64,000 bases of DNA from Nemertoderma westbladi (GCA_032718475.1 JAUCBJ010008562.1:64484-128483); one strand, 5' to 3'. Positions 36,872 to 49,822 are shown, counted from the first letter of the stretch. A program made the numbers and translations. The notes: generated by a model from the sequence alone, not told the origin.

Positions 36872-39109
36872 ATGAATACCGGCACTCAACAAAACCAACG
36901 CTTATCACAGGTCGGTATGGTTACCTCGAAACCGGCGCGACTGTCCACTCGAATACAACTTCAAAACACAAACACCAACAATAAACGGAAAGCGAATCGA
37001 ACGTCTTCAGAAGAATCTGTCATTGGGACGAAGAAAAGGAAGCCGAAACCACGGGAATGGACCACAGCTAAGATTGAATGCTCCCATTGTCAGAGTTCCT
37101 GGACCGAAATTGAAACACCAATTGCCGATGGGCTTGATCTCTCAAACCAAAACTTCCTCTGTGGGGTTTGCGCGGCAGTAAAGATTGAAAGTGTGGAAGC
37201 TGGCATCCCTAGGTATTATTATTATAAAGAGCGTCAGCCTGCGTTTAATAAATATATTTTAATACAAAACAGGTCGAATGCAAAGAGGCTTATAATGAAG
37301 ACGAGTACTGCATTAAACGGTTCAATAAACGGTGTTAACAACCCAAGTGACATTGCGAATAACTTCGCCAAAATTTACAAGGAATTGTACAATCAGAATT
37401 ATAGCGGTGACACAAGTGTTGATGATATCGAAAATGATATAAATTGTAGAATTAGAAACCTAATTGGTAACAATAATGTATCGGGTACAAATTGTGCAGG
37501 TTATCGAGAGGTATTGTCGCCTCGTATAATACACGAGGCATTGTTGCGTTTAAAAAACGCCAAATCAGATGTCAGTTATAGTTTTGACTCAGGGTCTTTA
37601 ATTAATGGTGGCCATATTCTAGAACATCATTTATCTATATTATTTAACTCTTTTCTTTCGCATGGATTGGTGTCAAAGTGTCTTTTATTGGTTTCTATTA
37701 TTCCGATCATTAAAAATAAATTAGGCGATATATCTGATGATAAGAATTACCGTGCAATTGCAATATCTTCTTTGATTCTGAAAATTTTTGAATGGGTATT
37801 ATTATTAAGTGAAGGCGATAAGTTATGTTTTGATGACTTACAATTTGGGTTCCGTTCAAATTCTAGTACTGTAATGTGCAGCTGGTCGGCTTCGGAAGTA
37901 ATCAATTACTATATGAGACACTCATCGCCCGTATTTGGTTGTTTGTTAGATTTTACAAAAGCGTTCGACCTTGTTGAATGGCCAAAGCTGTTCCTTGAAC
38001 TATTAAAAAAGGGTTTTTCAGTTTTATATTTAAGGTGCCTCATTTTTATATACAGAAACCAAGTTTGTGCAGTAAAATGGTTGAATTGCAGCTCTTTTAA
38101 TTTTTTAATTTCTAATGGGGTCAGACAGGGTTCTGTTTGCTCGCCGACATTGTTTGCTCTGGTGTTAAATATTCTAATTGAATCTCTACGTGACTCCAAA
38201 GTAGGTTGTTTTATAGGGAATTATTATTTTGGTGTTTTGGCATACGCCGATGATGTATTGTTATTGTGCCCATCTGTGGTTGGATTGCAATATATGGTCG
38301 ATTTATGTCAAATTTTTTGTGCTAAATATAACTTGCGATTAAGTACAAATGTTGATCAGGATAAATGCAAATGTAAGTGTATACCATTTCATTTTAAGTG
38401 GAGTCCACCCGGTGCTAGGATTAGAGTAGGTACAATTCTTCTCCCATGGGCAAGAGAAGCTGTTCACTTAGGTATTACACTTGACTTTAAATGCACTTTA
38501 GCCAAGGACATTTTACGTAAACGCGGCCAGTTTATTGGGAAACTCAATAACATTAGGCAAGAGTTTGGCTTCTCGCACCCTGGTAATCTAACATATCTAC
38601 AAAAGTTATACACTATGTGTTTTTATGGTAGCAATGCATGGAATTTATGGTCCGATGAATGTTCTAGAATCTTAACCAGCTGGAACATTAACGTTAGGAT
38701 TATATGGCAGTTGCCTTATAATGCTCATAGGTATATTGTACAAGAAATTGTAGGATTTATACATCCATGGGTTATTTTATGCAAAAATTTTGTTGGTTAT
38801 TGTAGGTCTATTTTTAATGCTGATAGGATGTGTATTAGATTCCTAGCTAACTTAATGCTATTTGATTGTAGGAGTATTAGTGGAAGTAATTTACGTCAGA
38901 TTGGTAATGAGTGCGGGGTGTCGGATCTATCGTTGTTGTCCACCCGTACTGTAGACAATAAACTATCATATGTACGCACTCCGCCGGGTGAGGAGTGGAG
39001 AGTTAATAGCTGCAGAGAAATCGTAAACTCAATTGTAGGTGTAACTAATATACCTGGTTTTACGCATGATGAGCTTAGAGATATTTTGAATTATATTTCT
39101 TCCACTTAA
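36872..39109 (+). CDS. Chimeric 745-aa ORF: ~148 aa HINE-borne N-terminus (basic patch, CxxC...CxxC) fused in frame to an intact LINE RT; no endonuclease
   Basis: Uninterrupted ATG-to-stop ORF crossing the LINE 5' junction at ~37315. Confidence 0.6.
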   Translation: MNTGTQQNQRLSQVGMVTSKPARLSTRIQLQNTNTNNKRKANRTSSEESVIGTKKRKPKPREWTTAKIECSHCQSSWTEIETPIADGLDLSNQNFLCGVCAAVKIESVEAGIPRYYYYKERQPAFNKYILIQNRSNAKRLIMKTSTALNGSINGVNNPSDIANNFAKIYKELYNQNYSGDTSVDDIENDINCRIRNLIGNNNVSGTNCAGYREVLSPRIIHEALLRLKNAKSDVSYSFDSGSLINGGHILEHHLSILFNSFLSHGLVSKCLLLVSIIPIIKNKLGDISDDKNYRAIAISSLILKIFEWVLLLSEGDKLCFDDLQFGFRSNSSTVMCSWSASEVINYYMRHSSPVFGCLLDFTKAFDLVEWPKLFLELLKKGFSVLYLRCLIFIYRNQVCAVKWLNCSSFNFLISNGVRQGSVCSPTLFALVLNILIESLRDSKVGCFIGNYYFGVLAYADDVLLLCPSVVGLQYMVDLCQIFCAKYNLRLSTNVDQDKCKCKCIPFHFKWSPPGARIRVGTILLPWAREAVHLGITLDFKCTLAKDILRKRGQFIGKLNNIRQEFGFSHPGNLTYLQKLYTMCFYGSNAWNLWSDECSRILTSWNINVRIIWQLPYNAHRYIVQEIVGFIHPWVILCKNFVGYCRSIFNADRMCIRFLANLMLFDCRSISGSNLRQIGNECGVSDLSLLSTRTVDNKLSYVRTPPGEEWRVNSCREIVNSIVGVTNIPGFTHDELRDILNYISST

Positions 39110-39388
39110 AGGACTATAGCTTATTTGTTATACTTTCTTTTTTCTCTTTTTCTTTTTTCTTTTTCTGTTTTGTTACGTTCTGTGCGGTTTATATTAAGTC
39201 TTGCTGTAATTATTGTGCCTATCTTTGGTTCACGTGAAATTTAAATGTAGCTAAATTTATATATTATGCACTATTATCACTTTGTATGTACGCTCTACTG
39301 TACCTGTGCTATTTACTTGGTATTGCTGTACTTATATGTGTTTGCCCACGTTATAATGTACGAATAGAAGAATAATAATAATAATAAT
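37315..39388 (+). mobile_element. 5'-truncated non-LTR retrotransposon (RTE-X-like) with (AAT)6 tail
   Basis: NYRAIAI, QFGFR, LDFTKAFD, GVRQGSVCSPTLF, YADD. The empty site GTACTGCATTGATTAT is visible in HINE copy 2 (~40690). Confidence 0.88.
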
Positions 39389-42300
39389 TGATTATATTCC
39401 TATAAACCACCTGGCTTTGCATATTGAACGTGCGTTTGGAAATAAGTTTGTGCTACCCTTCCGTGGGTGGTAGATGTCGCGGTTATGTATTGGTGGGTGG
39501 GGGGAGGGGGGGGGGGGTGCAGATTAAAAGGGGTGAACACGTACTGTCCCCCTTTCTTTGATTAATTGGTGGTGTGGGTTAATCTCTCATAACCTGATTT
39601 TGTGATACAGTCGCACAATTTTAATTTGTATCTCATAACTGGGCCTCGTGCTGCGCGAAGGCCCCACGAACATGTCGTTCTGTCGTTCTGTCGTGTTTTT
39701 TTTTCAGTATTTTATTTTAAACGTTAATAACTCGGCCAATCCTTGATGAAATCTATCCAAACTTGGTACACATGTTGTTTGGCAAAAGTTTGAAAATTTT
39801 CCAAGTAGAATTTGCGTGGGGCCTTCGTGCAGCATCAGTGTAACTGTTATTGCAGTTATAATAAATTTATTTATCCAAATTTAAAATGCGTTAAATTATT
39901 ATTACTGTAGGATAAATCAGCTGGATTTCTGACAAATTTTGCAATACATTGGGGCTGTCTGCCAATCTGCATGTACTATGTGTACCGGTACTGTCAGGCT
40001 GTACTCAATCCCTGAATCGAGAATCCTGCAATCAGTCAATACTGCAATACTGGTCAGCCGGTACCATACACTGCAGACATGCCATATCATGTAATCTAAT
40101 TAAACATGGCCCCGGCAACCCTTGCGGTGATTATAGTTTAGGCCTAATTAGCCCAGTACCGGCACCGGTAATAATAATATAATAGTTTAGATAGTTACCG
40201 CTAATCATTCAGTCATTGGCACTGTACACCGTATTGCTGTACTGCCGTTGTAGTGCGCACCGTAGGTACCACCCTACTACCGGTACCGGCTGACCGGTGG
40301 CAACTAGCACTTCAGCACTTGCAAAGCAACAGCAACAGCATTACCGGCGATACACAGGTTGGAATTTATGTAGAGTTTGCTCAACAGTACAGATATAAAA
40401 TAGTTATCTAAATTATATATATTACTATTGAAAAGTATTGAAATATATACCATTATTCGTGTTTTCATTATTTGCAACATCTGACATTGAAGAGGTGAGA
40501 GAAGATGAATACCGGCACTCAACAAAACCAACTCTTATCACAGGTCGGTATGGTTACCTCGAAACCGGCGCGACTGTCCACTCGAATACAACTTCAAAAC
40601 ACAAACGCCAACAATAAACTGAAAGCGAATCGAACGTCTTCAGTAAAATCTGTCATTGGGACGAAGAAAAGGAAGCCGAGTACTGCATGTACTGCATTGA
40701 TTATATTCCTATAAACCACCTGGCTTTGCATATTGAACGTGCGTTTGGAAATAAGTTCGTGCTACCCTTCCGTGGGTGGTTGATGTCGCGGTTATGTATT
40801 GGTGGGTGGGGGGAGGGGGGGGGGGGGGGTGCAGATTAAAAGGGGTGAACACGTACTGTCCCCCTTTCTTTGATTAATTGGTGGTGTGGGTTAATCTCTC
40901 ATAACCTGATTTTGTGATACAGTCGCACAATTTTAATTTGTATCTCATAACTGGGCCTCGTGCTGCGCGAAGTCCCCACGAACGTGTATCAATGCCTTTA
41001 TGTCTTGTAATTATAATTTGCCCTTGTAATCTCATTATTATTTTATATTCTGTCGTTAATCTTAGTTTGCTCTCTTATCGTTGATTATACCGCCGATATT
41101 ACGTAATCAAGGAGGTTTTACACGCGCCAACCACAAGGTGGGTCTTTGCAATTAAGTGGTGGCGATAAGTCAATGGCAATATACCAGACCGTTGATATAA
41201 GAAAGTCCTTTATTATTAATTGTATCACGATTTTGAGAGTTGTCGTAAGTTAATTACGATAGAAATATTTATATAATCATACATAAAGACAAGTCACTAT
41301 ACGTTTCCCCTAAAGGGAAACACAAACACCGAACTTGAGACCTTACAGAATTAATTAGTCAGCCATTTACTTGTTATACTTTGTTGTCACACCCTCCCGG
41401 TATGGTATCTCAGTTAAATACAATAGATAATCAAATATCGTATCGAACCAAATAAGTTATAGAGTAAATCAATACATGAGAGGAAGGGAAAGGGGACGTA
41501 ATGGATACAGTGAGCGGCCCTTGTTGACAGGTACACTAGCGCAATCCCGTTTATTGTGTCAGACTAGCAGTTGTGCGAAGCCCTGAATGCATGGATTCTC
41601 TGCACGGAATCAAACAAGTCAAAAATATATGAAATTGAGATTGAAAGAACATAATTTACTAAAAGCGCTAACAGACTCTGGTGTTTCGAATTCCCAGAGT
41701 CGACGACCTTCAAAATAAATTCGCGGGCTTTCTGGAGGTTTCGGGGATCTGTGTCCCTTTTCACAGTTGCCACAACTTCTGTAAATTGCGACCAACAGAG
41801 CAGTTGGTTATTTGGTCCCAGGCAGAGACGCAATGACAGACGAGTAACCATACCAGCGGAATTCTCTGCGGAAACATATATATCGGAACATAGTAGTGCT
41901 TCAACCAAATGTTTATACGACCGATGAATTTTTCCTGATAGAAAACGAAAAGTACCAACTCAAGGGTTTTCCGTTTAATGAACACTTCTATCGATTCTAC
42001 CGACTGAGTCCATGGCATATCGTGAACCCAGGAGTCGATCCCAGCATCGAGTTCAAGGATCCCAGCTACCAAGTCCTTTGAATTCAATGAGCTCATTCAT
42101 AACATTACTTTACTTTTTACGCAACATTACTTACCGGTACTACTATAATTACTTTCGGTTTGGTGTTTCTTTTGTTGAGTACGGGGTTCCATAAGCTTTG
42201 CCTTTGTTTTTGGCTGTCTTATACCATAAACTAAATATTGTGTTTTGGTTACATTCAGCCGTTCTGTAAGCTGTGTTGCTGGTGTAAACCTTTAATGGGG

Positions 42301-42579
42301 GTAAACTGCAATATGGTATTTAAAACAGTAAAAAGGTCTGGTATACTTCACATTATTGACCTGGAAATGGCTTCTTAATTCCATGATTAAACTGGACTCA
42401 AAAATTCACATTTGAGCTTGGCATCTGATGGATTCAAATTCATCTCAATCCATAAAACCATTTGATGCCGGCCATAACCCAAATTTGCATTGGCATCAAG
42501 ATTTTGAACCAGACTATAACACTAGTCGCTAAAAATAGGTATTATTGTGTAGCGGTGCGCTTACTGTAGTTTACTGAAA

Positions 42580-43275
42580 CATAATTATTTATTACATGGG
42601 AAAAAAAGTACATCATTTTTTCATTATTCTCGAGGCATTTTATTTACCGAGCGCCATCGAGGTCAATAAACGGTCGAGATAATATTGAAAAAAAATGTTC
42701 TACTTTTTTTCCCATGTAATACGTAATTTTATTCTTAAATTGGTACTTTTTTGCTGCTTAATTCTTTAATAAAACGTACAGCGATAGAGTGTTTCAAAAT
42801 ATATTAAACTGTAGTATTTTACTATATTGCTTGATTGCTTCCATAGTTACTGCAATTATAATTTTTGTACTCTTTCAACTCCTGATGCTGCCTTACTCAA
42901 TGTTAAATAATTTAGTGTTATAGAATATTTATTACGTAACTAGACAGCCGCTTAACTACATAAACCAATATTGGATATTGAGTTCCGTTTTGGAGTACGC
43001 CTTGCAGTCACTAAAGGTGCAATAACTTTTGAGTGTGAGCATGGATTTTGCTCAAATTACGTGCAAACCATTTCTACGTCAATGCTCTTTGAACACATGT
43101 AATAAATTTTAAGAAATTCCACAAAAAAAATTTTATTTTACATTTTTCGCGGGGAAAAAAAGTAAAATCAATGCAATCCTATGGGTTTCTTTTTTCCCAA
43201 GGGAAAAAAGTGAAAATTTTTATCCCGATTTTGGGGTATATTCGAGCAAAAAAGTAACAATTTAAGAATAAAAAT
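42580..43275. mobile_element. Palindrome-rich non-autonomous DNA element (possibly Crypton-like)
   Basis: ~130-bp imperfect hairpin at 42591-42720 plus a 29-bp inverted repeat at 42727-42755 / 43245-43273. Confidence 0.45.
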
Positions 43276-43308
43276 ATTTTATATGTGGACCGTGGCTTTG
43301 ACCTCTTA

Positions 43309-43522
43309 GGCCGCGTTCACACTACCGAGTCAAAGTCAAAAGACAAAATGTAAATCACATCACATGAAATTAAATTTTTTCTACAATGCCCTTATGTATT
43401 ATATCAGGCCTATGTAATATTATTCATTGTGTGTAATATAATGTATTATTATTTATTATTGCTAGCTAACTATATTTATTTTCTTTTGACTTTGACTTTG
43501 ACTCCGTAGCGTGAAGGCGGCC
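43309..43522. mobile_element. PIF/Harbinger (Tourist-like) MITE, 214 bp
   Basis: TIR GGCCGCGTTCACACTAC-GAGTCAAAGTCAAA; TTA duplicated at 43306-43308 and 43523-43525. Confidence 0.85.
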
Positions 43523-44680
43523 TTAGATTGCTATCCGTGATTCAGGGTTCTGATTTCCTGGTCAGCCTAATTTTCTACATTCAGTCAGACTGCGGAATTG
43601 AGTACCTATTCAGTTATTACTATAATAACGTTGTAATACAATTCTATTGGTACTTATTCCAGAAACCGTAACGTCATTTTAGTAAAAATATTACATTAAC
43701 TTTTTTTTTACTACAATCAATCCAATTATGTAATTAGAATAGACAACAAAAACCTAAAGGTAAGAAATTGCAGTTGTCCTTTATTTGTTTCTACCTCCAG
43801 TATATTTACAGTAGATAATATTATTATACCGAGAATCTTGGTCATCGCCCTGGTCAGTTTCACACCAGCTTATTTACTTTAGGTTTATATATCGCAAATC
43901 ACTCATGGAAAACGTGATATTCTCTTTATGTGTTTGGTAACAGTTCCGTATAGCACTACATTTTATAACATAAATCATTGTTACCATGGCAACATTGCGG
44001 AGTTCTAGAACAAAATATTAATATTATACACAATTTTAGAACGTAAATGAAATAAAAAATATAATTTTCTAGAACATAGCTAGTTATTTTTCAAATTTAA
44101 AATTAAAATTAAAAGAAAAATCAAAAATTTTTTGGAATTGCACACAAGTCAAATTAAGTCAAATAAAAGACAGGTATGGAGAAAAATAAGAAAAATATAT
44201 GACGCCAGAGCTTTGTGTGAGGAGTACATTAACTATATGAAGATAAATTCTCCAAAAAAACTGACAGAATATATGTAGAGGCTACAGATAAGAAATGGAA
44301 AATTGAACGGATTCCATGAGATATTAGAAGCCAACAAAATCCAATACCCATACATTAATTAAAAGTAATAAATATAATAAGTTATAAATAAACTAATTAG
44401 TTTCATATCTGTATGCAAAATCTCGTTACTACTGTGATTTGGGAACACCCCCCAAAATTTTTTATAATAGCTAGTTTTTGTTACTTTTTTTTAATGTTCT
44501 AGAACATATTGTCTATTCATTTTTTATATTATTTTTGTTCTAGAACAAGTAATTATCTTTCTAGAACCAAATTAATTAATCAGGTTCTTTTGATGTTATC
44601 GAAGATGGTATTTCTTACTTTTTAAAACGTCTATTCATTTTTGTAAAAAGTAATGTTCTAGAATAAATATTTTTTGTTCT

Positions 44681-47600
44681 GTCGCATCCTGCTGGCCCAG
44701 TCCGAGGCTGCGGACCGCCGCGCAGCCGAGTCCGAGGCGCGAGTCCGCTTCCTCCAGCAGGCGCCTGGCAATGCCGCTATACAGCCGGCCCACGCTGCAC
44801 CCCACGCAACCAACCCACCGAACTCTCGTCACTTAATCGACACCTCATCGATGGACAAAGTGGACTGCGAAATGTCCTATGCCACCTTCCGACGGTGGCA
44901 CGCAGCCTGGCAGGTGAACTGCCAGCGCCAACAGCAGTCGACACCTACCCCCGGCAGACTCAGGTCTACTCGCTCCTCGCAGCTCTCAGGATGGCGATAC
45001 AGGAAATGATCAGGGTTACCCTCCGGATCGAAATAAACGACCCGAATACGGGCATGGAACTCATCCTCGATGCAATCCAAACTCACCTTCGGGACAAAAG
45101 ATCCGTTGCAGTTGATCAGATCGCCTTCCACCGCCGAGTCCAGCAAGCAAACGAATCCTTCGACTCGTTCCGTGTCGCACTGGAGGAGCTGGCCGACGAT
45201 GCGCGGCTCTGCAAGCACTGCCGCAACGACCAGCTCATAACGCAGATCCTCATCGGCATCAGCGATGAGGTGACCAGCGCGATCTTTTAAAAATCTTCCC
45301 CCAACCAACGCTGGATCAATGCGTGACGATGTGCCAAACATTTGAGGCCAGCTGACGGAACGACGCCGTCCTCGGCTCGGGAACGATCTCAAAACTCTCC
45401 CAATATAAAATGGATAAACGGACCTTGAATGAGGATGAACTGCGGCAACTGCGGACGTGGACATCCGGCGGGGAGAGACAACTGCCCAGCCCGCGGGTCA
45501 ACCTGCAGTGGATGCGGGAAGACAGGCCATTTCCAGAACGTCTGCCAGTCCATACCACCAACCCGCGACCCTAAACCCAGCGGACTGAACTCGGTATTCG
45601 TCAACTAAACCAGTGCGACTAACATGGGACAACCTGCTCTTTGAAATACATTACCATTAAACTATCTCTACCGGGGGGCACTGACTTGGGATCCATCGCA
45701 CACACGCTCCCAGACACGGGAGCAGCCGCCACCGTAATTAACGAACATTTGTTTTACCGGAACGGAGGCCAATGCAAGGACGTATCAACGTCCTACAACG
45801 TCGGCTTACTCACGGCTGACAACCTTTCTCTCACTATGGAAGGGCAGGCATCGATCCGCATCGACAATGGGACACAGAGCGACACGAGCGACGTTGTCCT
45901 GTCACCCAAGGTCAACGGGTTAATTCTCTCCCTTGCAGCCTGCCAGGCGCTGGGAATCATTCCCCACGAGTTTCCCCAGCAAATCGCCTCCCTTCCTCAT
46001 GCAGTGGTCTCACCCCCTCCCCCCCCCCCCACGAGTTTCCCCAGGAAATCGCCTCCCTTCCTCGAGCAGTGGTCTTGCAGACTGCAATCTCAGAGAGATT
46101 CGCGGACGAGTTCGATGAGCGAACTGGCTTCCTCCCATGCATGGCGCCCCCCCCCCCCCCCATGCATATTTCCCTCGTGCCCAACATAGTCCCATTCCAT
46201 GTCAACGGCACGCGACTGATCCCATTCGCGATGCGCGAGGAGGTTAAGAAGGAACTCGACTCTATGGTCGCACGCGGCGTACTCGAACGCGTAATGGATG
46301 CAACCGAGTGGGTTCACCCCCTAACCGTGGCCTGCAAGCCCAATGGAAATCTGCGGATCTGCGTCGACTTGCTCAACCTGAATGCGCAGGTGCAGTGACC
46401 GCTGTACTCGACACCGAACCCACGCCTCGCGCTGGCCGATGTCTCCTCGAGCGCACAATTCTTCAGCGTGTTCGACGCCTCCTCTGGCTACTGGCAGGTC
46501 CCCCTCGACGTGGAGTCCCAACTCCTAACAGGGTGTATAACCCCCTGGGGCTGCTATAAACACCTGCGAAGCGTTATGGGTCTTAACGCGTCGGGGGATG
46601 AGTACAACCGATGGGGGATTCGAGGAAATTGCGGCCGACTTCTTCAAGCACATGGGTCGACACTTCCTGGCTGTAGTCGACTGATATTCGGGATGGCCCG
46701 AGATTGCCCCATTTCCCAAACCCCCCACCTCGATCACGACCGCGAACGCCATGCGAGAAATTTTCACCCACTTCGGTGTCCCTACCCGCTTTCGGTCAGA
46801 TGGCGGGACACCCTTCACGGGGCACCCGTCATATCGTTCCTCCATGATTGGGGCATGGTGCCCGTGACATCATTGCCGGAATACCCCCAATCGAATGGGC
46901 TGGCAGAATCCGCCATAAAGGTGTTCAAAGGCCTCCTAGATAAGACCGGGAGGGACATCTCTTCGACACCCTTCCTAGAAGGCCTCCTCAAACTACAAAA
47001 CTCACCATGGGAGCACGGACTATCCCCCACCGAAATCTTGTTTGGACACCCTGTCCGCACTCGGGTTCCTGGACACCACCAGGCGGCACAGACAGCCCTC
47101 GATCTTGCGACACCCACTATTGGGGCAAGCCACAAATGGACCTACAACTGCAGAGCGCGGATGCTCCCCTCCCTCGCAGTCAGTGATCCTGTCCAGATCC
47201 AGCACCCGCGAACCGGACACTGGGACCAGGCCGGCACCATCGCCGAAACCTGGCCCCTCCGTAAATACGTAGTCCGATTGCCATCTGGACGTTCCCTTGT
47301 CTGGAACCACTGCCACCTGTTGCGGGACACCACCGCCACATCGGAAACCATGAGCTCAGACACTGCCACCAGGGACACCACGCCAGGCACGGAACCCTCG
47401 CCCACGTGTGTCTGTTGGTCCCCCAACTTGGTGACCATCAATCCCATCCGCGCGCCGTTCCCACTACTGATCGTTACCCGCGGCGACAACGGCGCCCCCC
47501 AGCATCTCTGAGGTACAACCCGTAATTCACGGACTGAAACTGAAAGTAATTTGAGCCTTGCTCGTGCTGCGCGATGGACCAACCACGCCAGCACCCGGAC

Positions 47601-47852
47601 TTTCGGACACTTATGGACATTACCCCAGAAATTATTCCTGGGACTCGAAAGGGGATGTGAGCTATTATAGATACAGTAGTTTATTACGCCTTGCGACCTG
47701 TAGATGGCGCTAGGCCTTCTTTATTGTCTTCAGGTTCTCTTGCTGTAGTACTGTACTCGACGGCCTACATGAAGCCACAGCCCTACTGTAGTTGGTGTAC
47801 CGGTACCATATATTATATGCGATATATGCATGATACAGAGGACATTACAACA
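44681..47852 (+). mobile_element. Decayed, 5'-truncated Mag-like Gypsy element with large RT/RH deletion and short 3' LTR (~47656-47852)
   Basis: gag FHRRVQQANESFDSF; paired knuckles CGNCGRGH...C and CSGCGKTGHFQNVC; PR LPDTGA; RT LRICVDL and DASSGYWQV; IN YPQSNGLAESAIK; PPT GAAAGGGGA then TGTG. Confidence 0.85.
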
Positions 47853-47890
47853 TTGTATTGGCCTGTACATTTAGTATTGTATTTGGTGTC

Positions 47891-47979
47891 ATTGTTTACG
47901 TGGTAACCCATGACGGCGTTAAGTAATGTCCACTAAGCGGACATTACTTAACGCCGTCATTGGATTCCACGTAAACAAT
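47891..47979. repeat. 89-bp near-perfect hairpin
   Basis: ATTGTTTACGTGG / CCACGTAAACAAT and ATGACGGCGTTAAGTAATGTCC / GGACATTACTTAACGCCGTCAT around a 7-nt loop. Confidence 0.9.
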
Positions 47980-48062
47980 AGGTGGAAATTTGCCTGACAG
48001 CCAGGTATGCCTACTGCATTACCTGCCGGTAGTCGGCACTACTATGCACAACACCGGCACAA

Positions 48063-48843
48063 CACTACTATGTTATGGGTACCCACGTTTTAAACAAATT
48101 TTTTCATATGAAAATGGCTTTTATTATGAGGTTTTTTGTTCTAGAACAAATATTTAACTTTCTGCCAGTACGATGGTAGCTAGTAATTTTGATTTTGTGT
48201 TAGCTAATACTTTTTATTAGCTAGTGAAAAAAATTATAATTGAAAAATTGAAAAAAAATTTGACCAACTTTTTTCTTGTAAAAATGTATTTTATTATGAC
48301 GTTTTTTTTATCTAGAACAAATATTTGTTGAAAATTTGTTTAAAATGTTTGACCTTCTGGCAGTAAGATGGTAGCTAGTACTTTTGATTTTGTGTTAGCT
48401 AGTACTATTTATTAGCTAGTAAATGTAAGATATACCGGTAATTTAATTCTCAATTATATATTTGCATGGAATAATTTAAGAGTCATAGTGTAGCTAGTAA
48501 TTTTTATTTGATAGTCAACGTAGCTAGTAATTATTCACTAGCTAGTTTGTTATATTTTATACAAAATATAGGCAGATGTCAAAATAGAGATAGATAGAGA
48601 ATAGAGAAATGTCTACCATAATAAAAGATAATAGCTAACCTCTGTTTTCTAAAACTAGTAGCTACTGTTTTAAAAACAGTAGCTACCTAAAAGAAATCAC
48701 TAGCTACCATAAAAAAAACAATAGCTAGCGTCTAACAGAAGATGACATTAATGTTCTACTGTAAAACAAAAAAAACTCAAGATAATAGCCATTAACATTG
48801 CCAAATAAATGGTCAAAAAGCGGGTACCCATAACATAGTAGTG
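48063..48843. mobile_element. CACTA/EnSpm-like non-autonomous element
   Basis: 22-bp perfect TIR CACTACTATGTTATGGGTACCC; many subterminal TAGCTAGTA/TAGCTAC and TCTAGAACAA motifs. A related motif-bearing tract lies at ~43954-44680. TSD not resolved. Confidence 0.7.
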
Positions 48844-49027
48844 CCTCGGTGAATAGCTATTAATAACCAGTAAGGCCTAGCTATATTATTATAACATGGC
48901 GCCAAACGACACCATAAATATAAGCTAACTTAGTTATAACATAATTTATGTCATTTTTACATTTATTTATACAGCAACTAATATAGTTTGTGCAGTTTCT
49001 ATCACTTATAATGTATATGTACAATCA

Positions 49028-49261
49028 TTTCGAAATGTTAAAATTTTGGAATAAAATTACAGTACATACATACTTGTTGCAAAGTACTTAACAGTGTTCT
49101 GATCCTCGTGGCTTTATTTTCACTCACTCACTAACGTTCGTTCGTGTAAAAAAGCCACCCGGATCATCACACTGTAAAGTGCTACTTTACACATAAGTAT
49201 GTAAATAGTTATTGCTACAAGTATGTATGTAGTTTTATTTCAAAATTTTAACATTACGAAA
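49028..49261. repeat. ~230-bp nested imperfect palindrome (possibly Crypton-like non-autonomous element)
   Basis: Outer arms AATGTTAAAATTTTG...TACATACATACTTGT pair with their reverse complements; inner arms ACAGTG...GATCC...GTGGCTTT / AAAGCCAC...GGATC...CACTGT. Confidence 0.6.
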
Positions 49262-49822
49262 TAGATAGATAGATTTATTTATACATTATGTAAAAACAAT
49301 AACAAATACACCAAACAATGTACCGGTATAAAGGTATTATCCAACATAACATATAGGATTACCCCTAAAGCTTTGCAGCTTATTTCCAAGGGGGTCCTTT
49401 ATGTTACTTGGTTACAAATACAATATTACACTACGCTAACCTAAAACCAATATAAAACGTAATTACACTATGTACATGTACAACTTTACCGAGAGCATGA
49501 CAATGTCCGACTCAACGATAAAGATGTAATGTACAGAACAATTTAATATAAAACGTAATTCCAGTATAAATAGTAAATAATTAATAAACTAATATCTTAC
49601 TGTAGGACTATTGTACCTATTTTACATTGCACTCGGAGGTGAGATTTAACTGCAGATTTAAAAGAATGTTGATTATCTAGGTTTTTAATTTCATTAGGCA
49701 GAGCGTTCCAATTTTTAATGCCGTTAAAAAAGAAAGTATCAGATTCAAAGGATTTATAATTCGGGAGGTAGAAGTTTGAAGCACTAGCTCTGGTACTGTA
49801 AGAGTGTGTATCGCGTACTCTG

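Larger units (their letters stand above)
35887..40984 (+). mobile_element. Head-to-tail pair of non-autonomous Helentron/HINE (DINE-1-like) elements; copy 1 35887-39672, copy 2 39673-40984
   Basis: The two copies are near-identical. Short GTCGTTCT repeats, core ATAACTC...AAACTTGGTACA, internal CGTGGGGCCTTCGTGCAGCA inverted to the 3'-terminal hairpin TGCTGCGCGAAGGCCCCACG; no TSD. The duplication is certain; the class is inferred. Confidence 0.55.
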
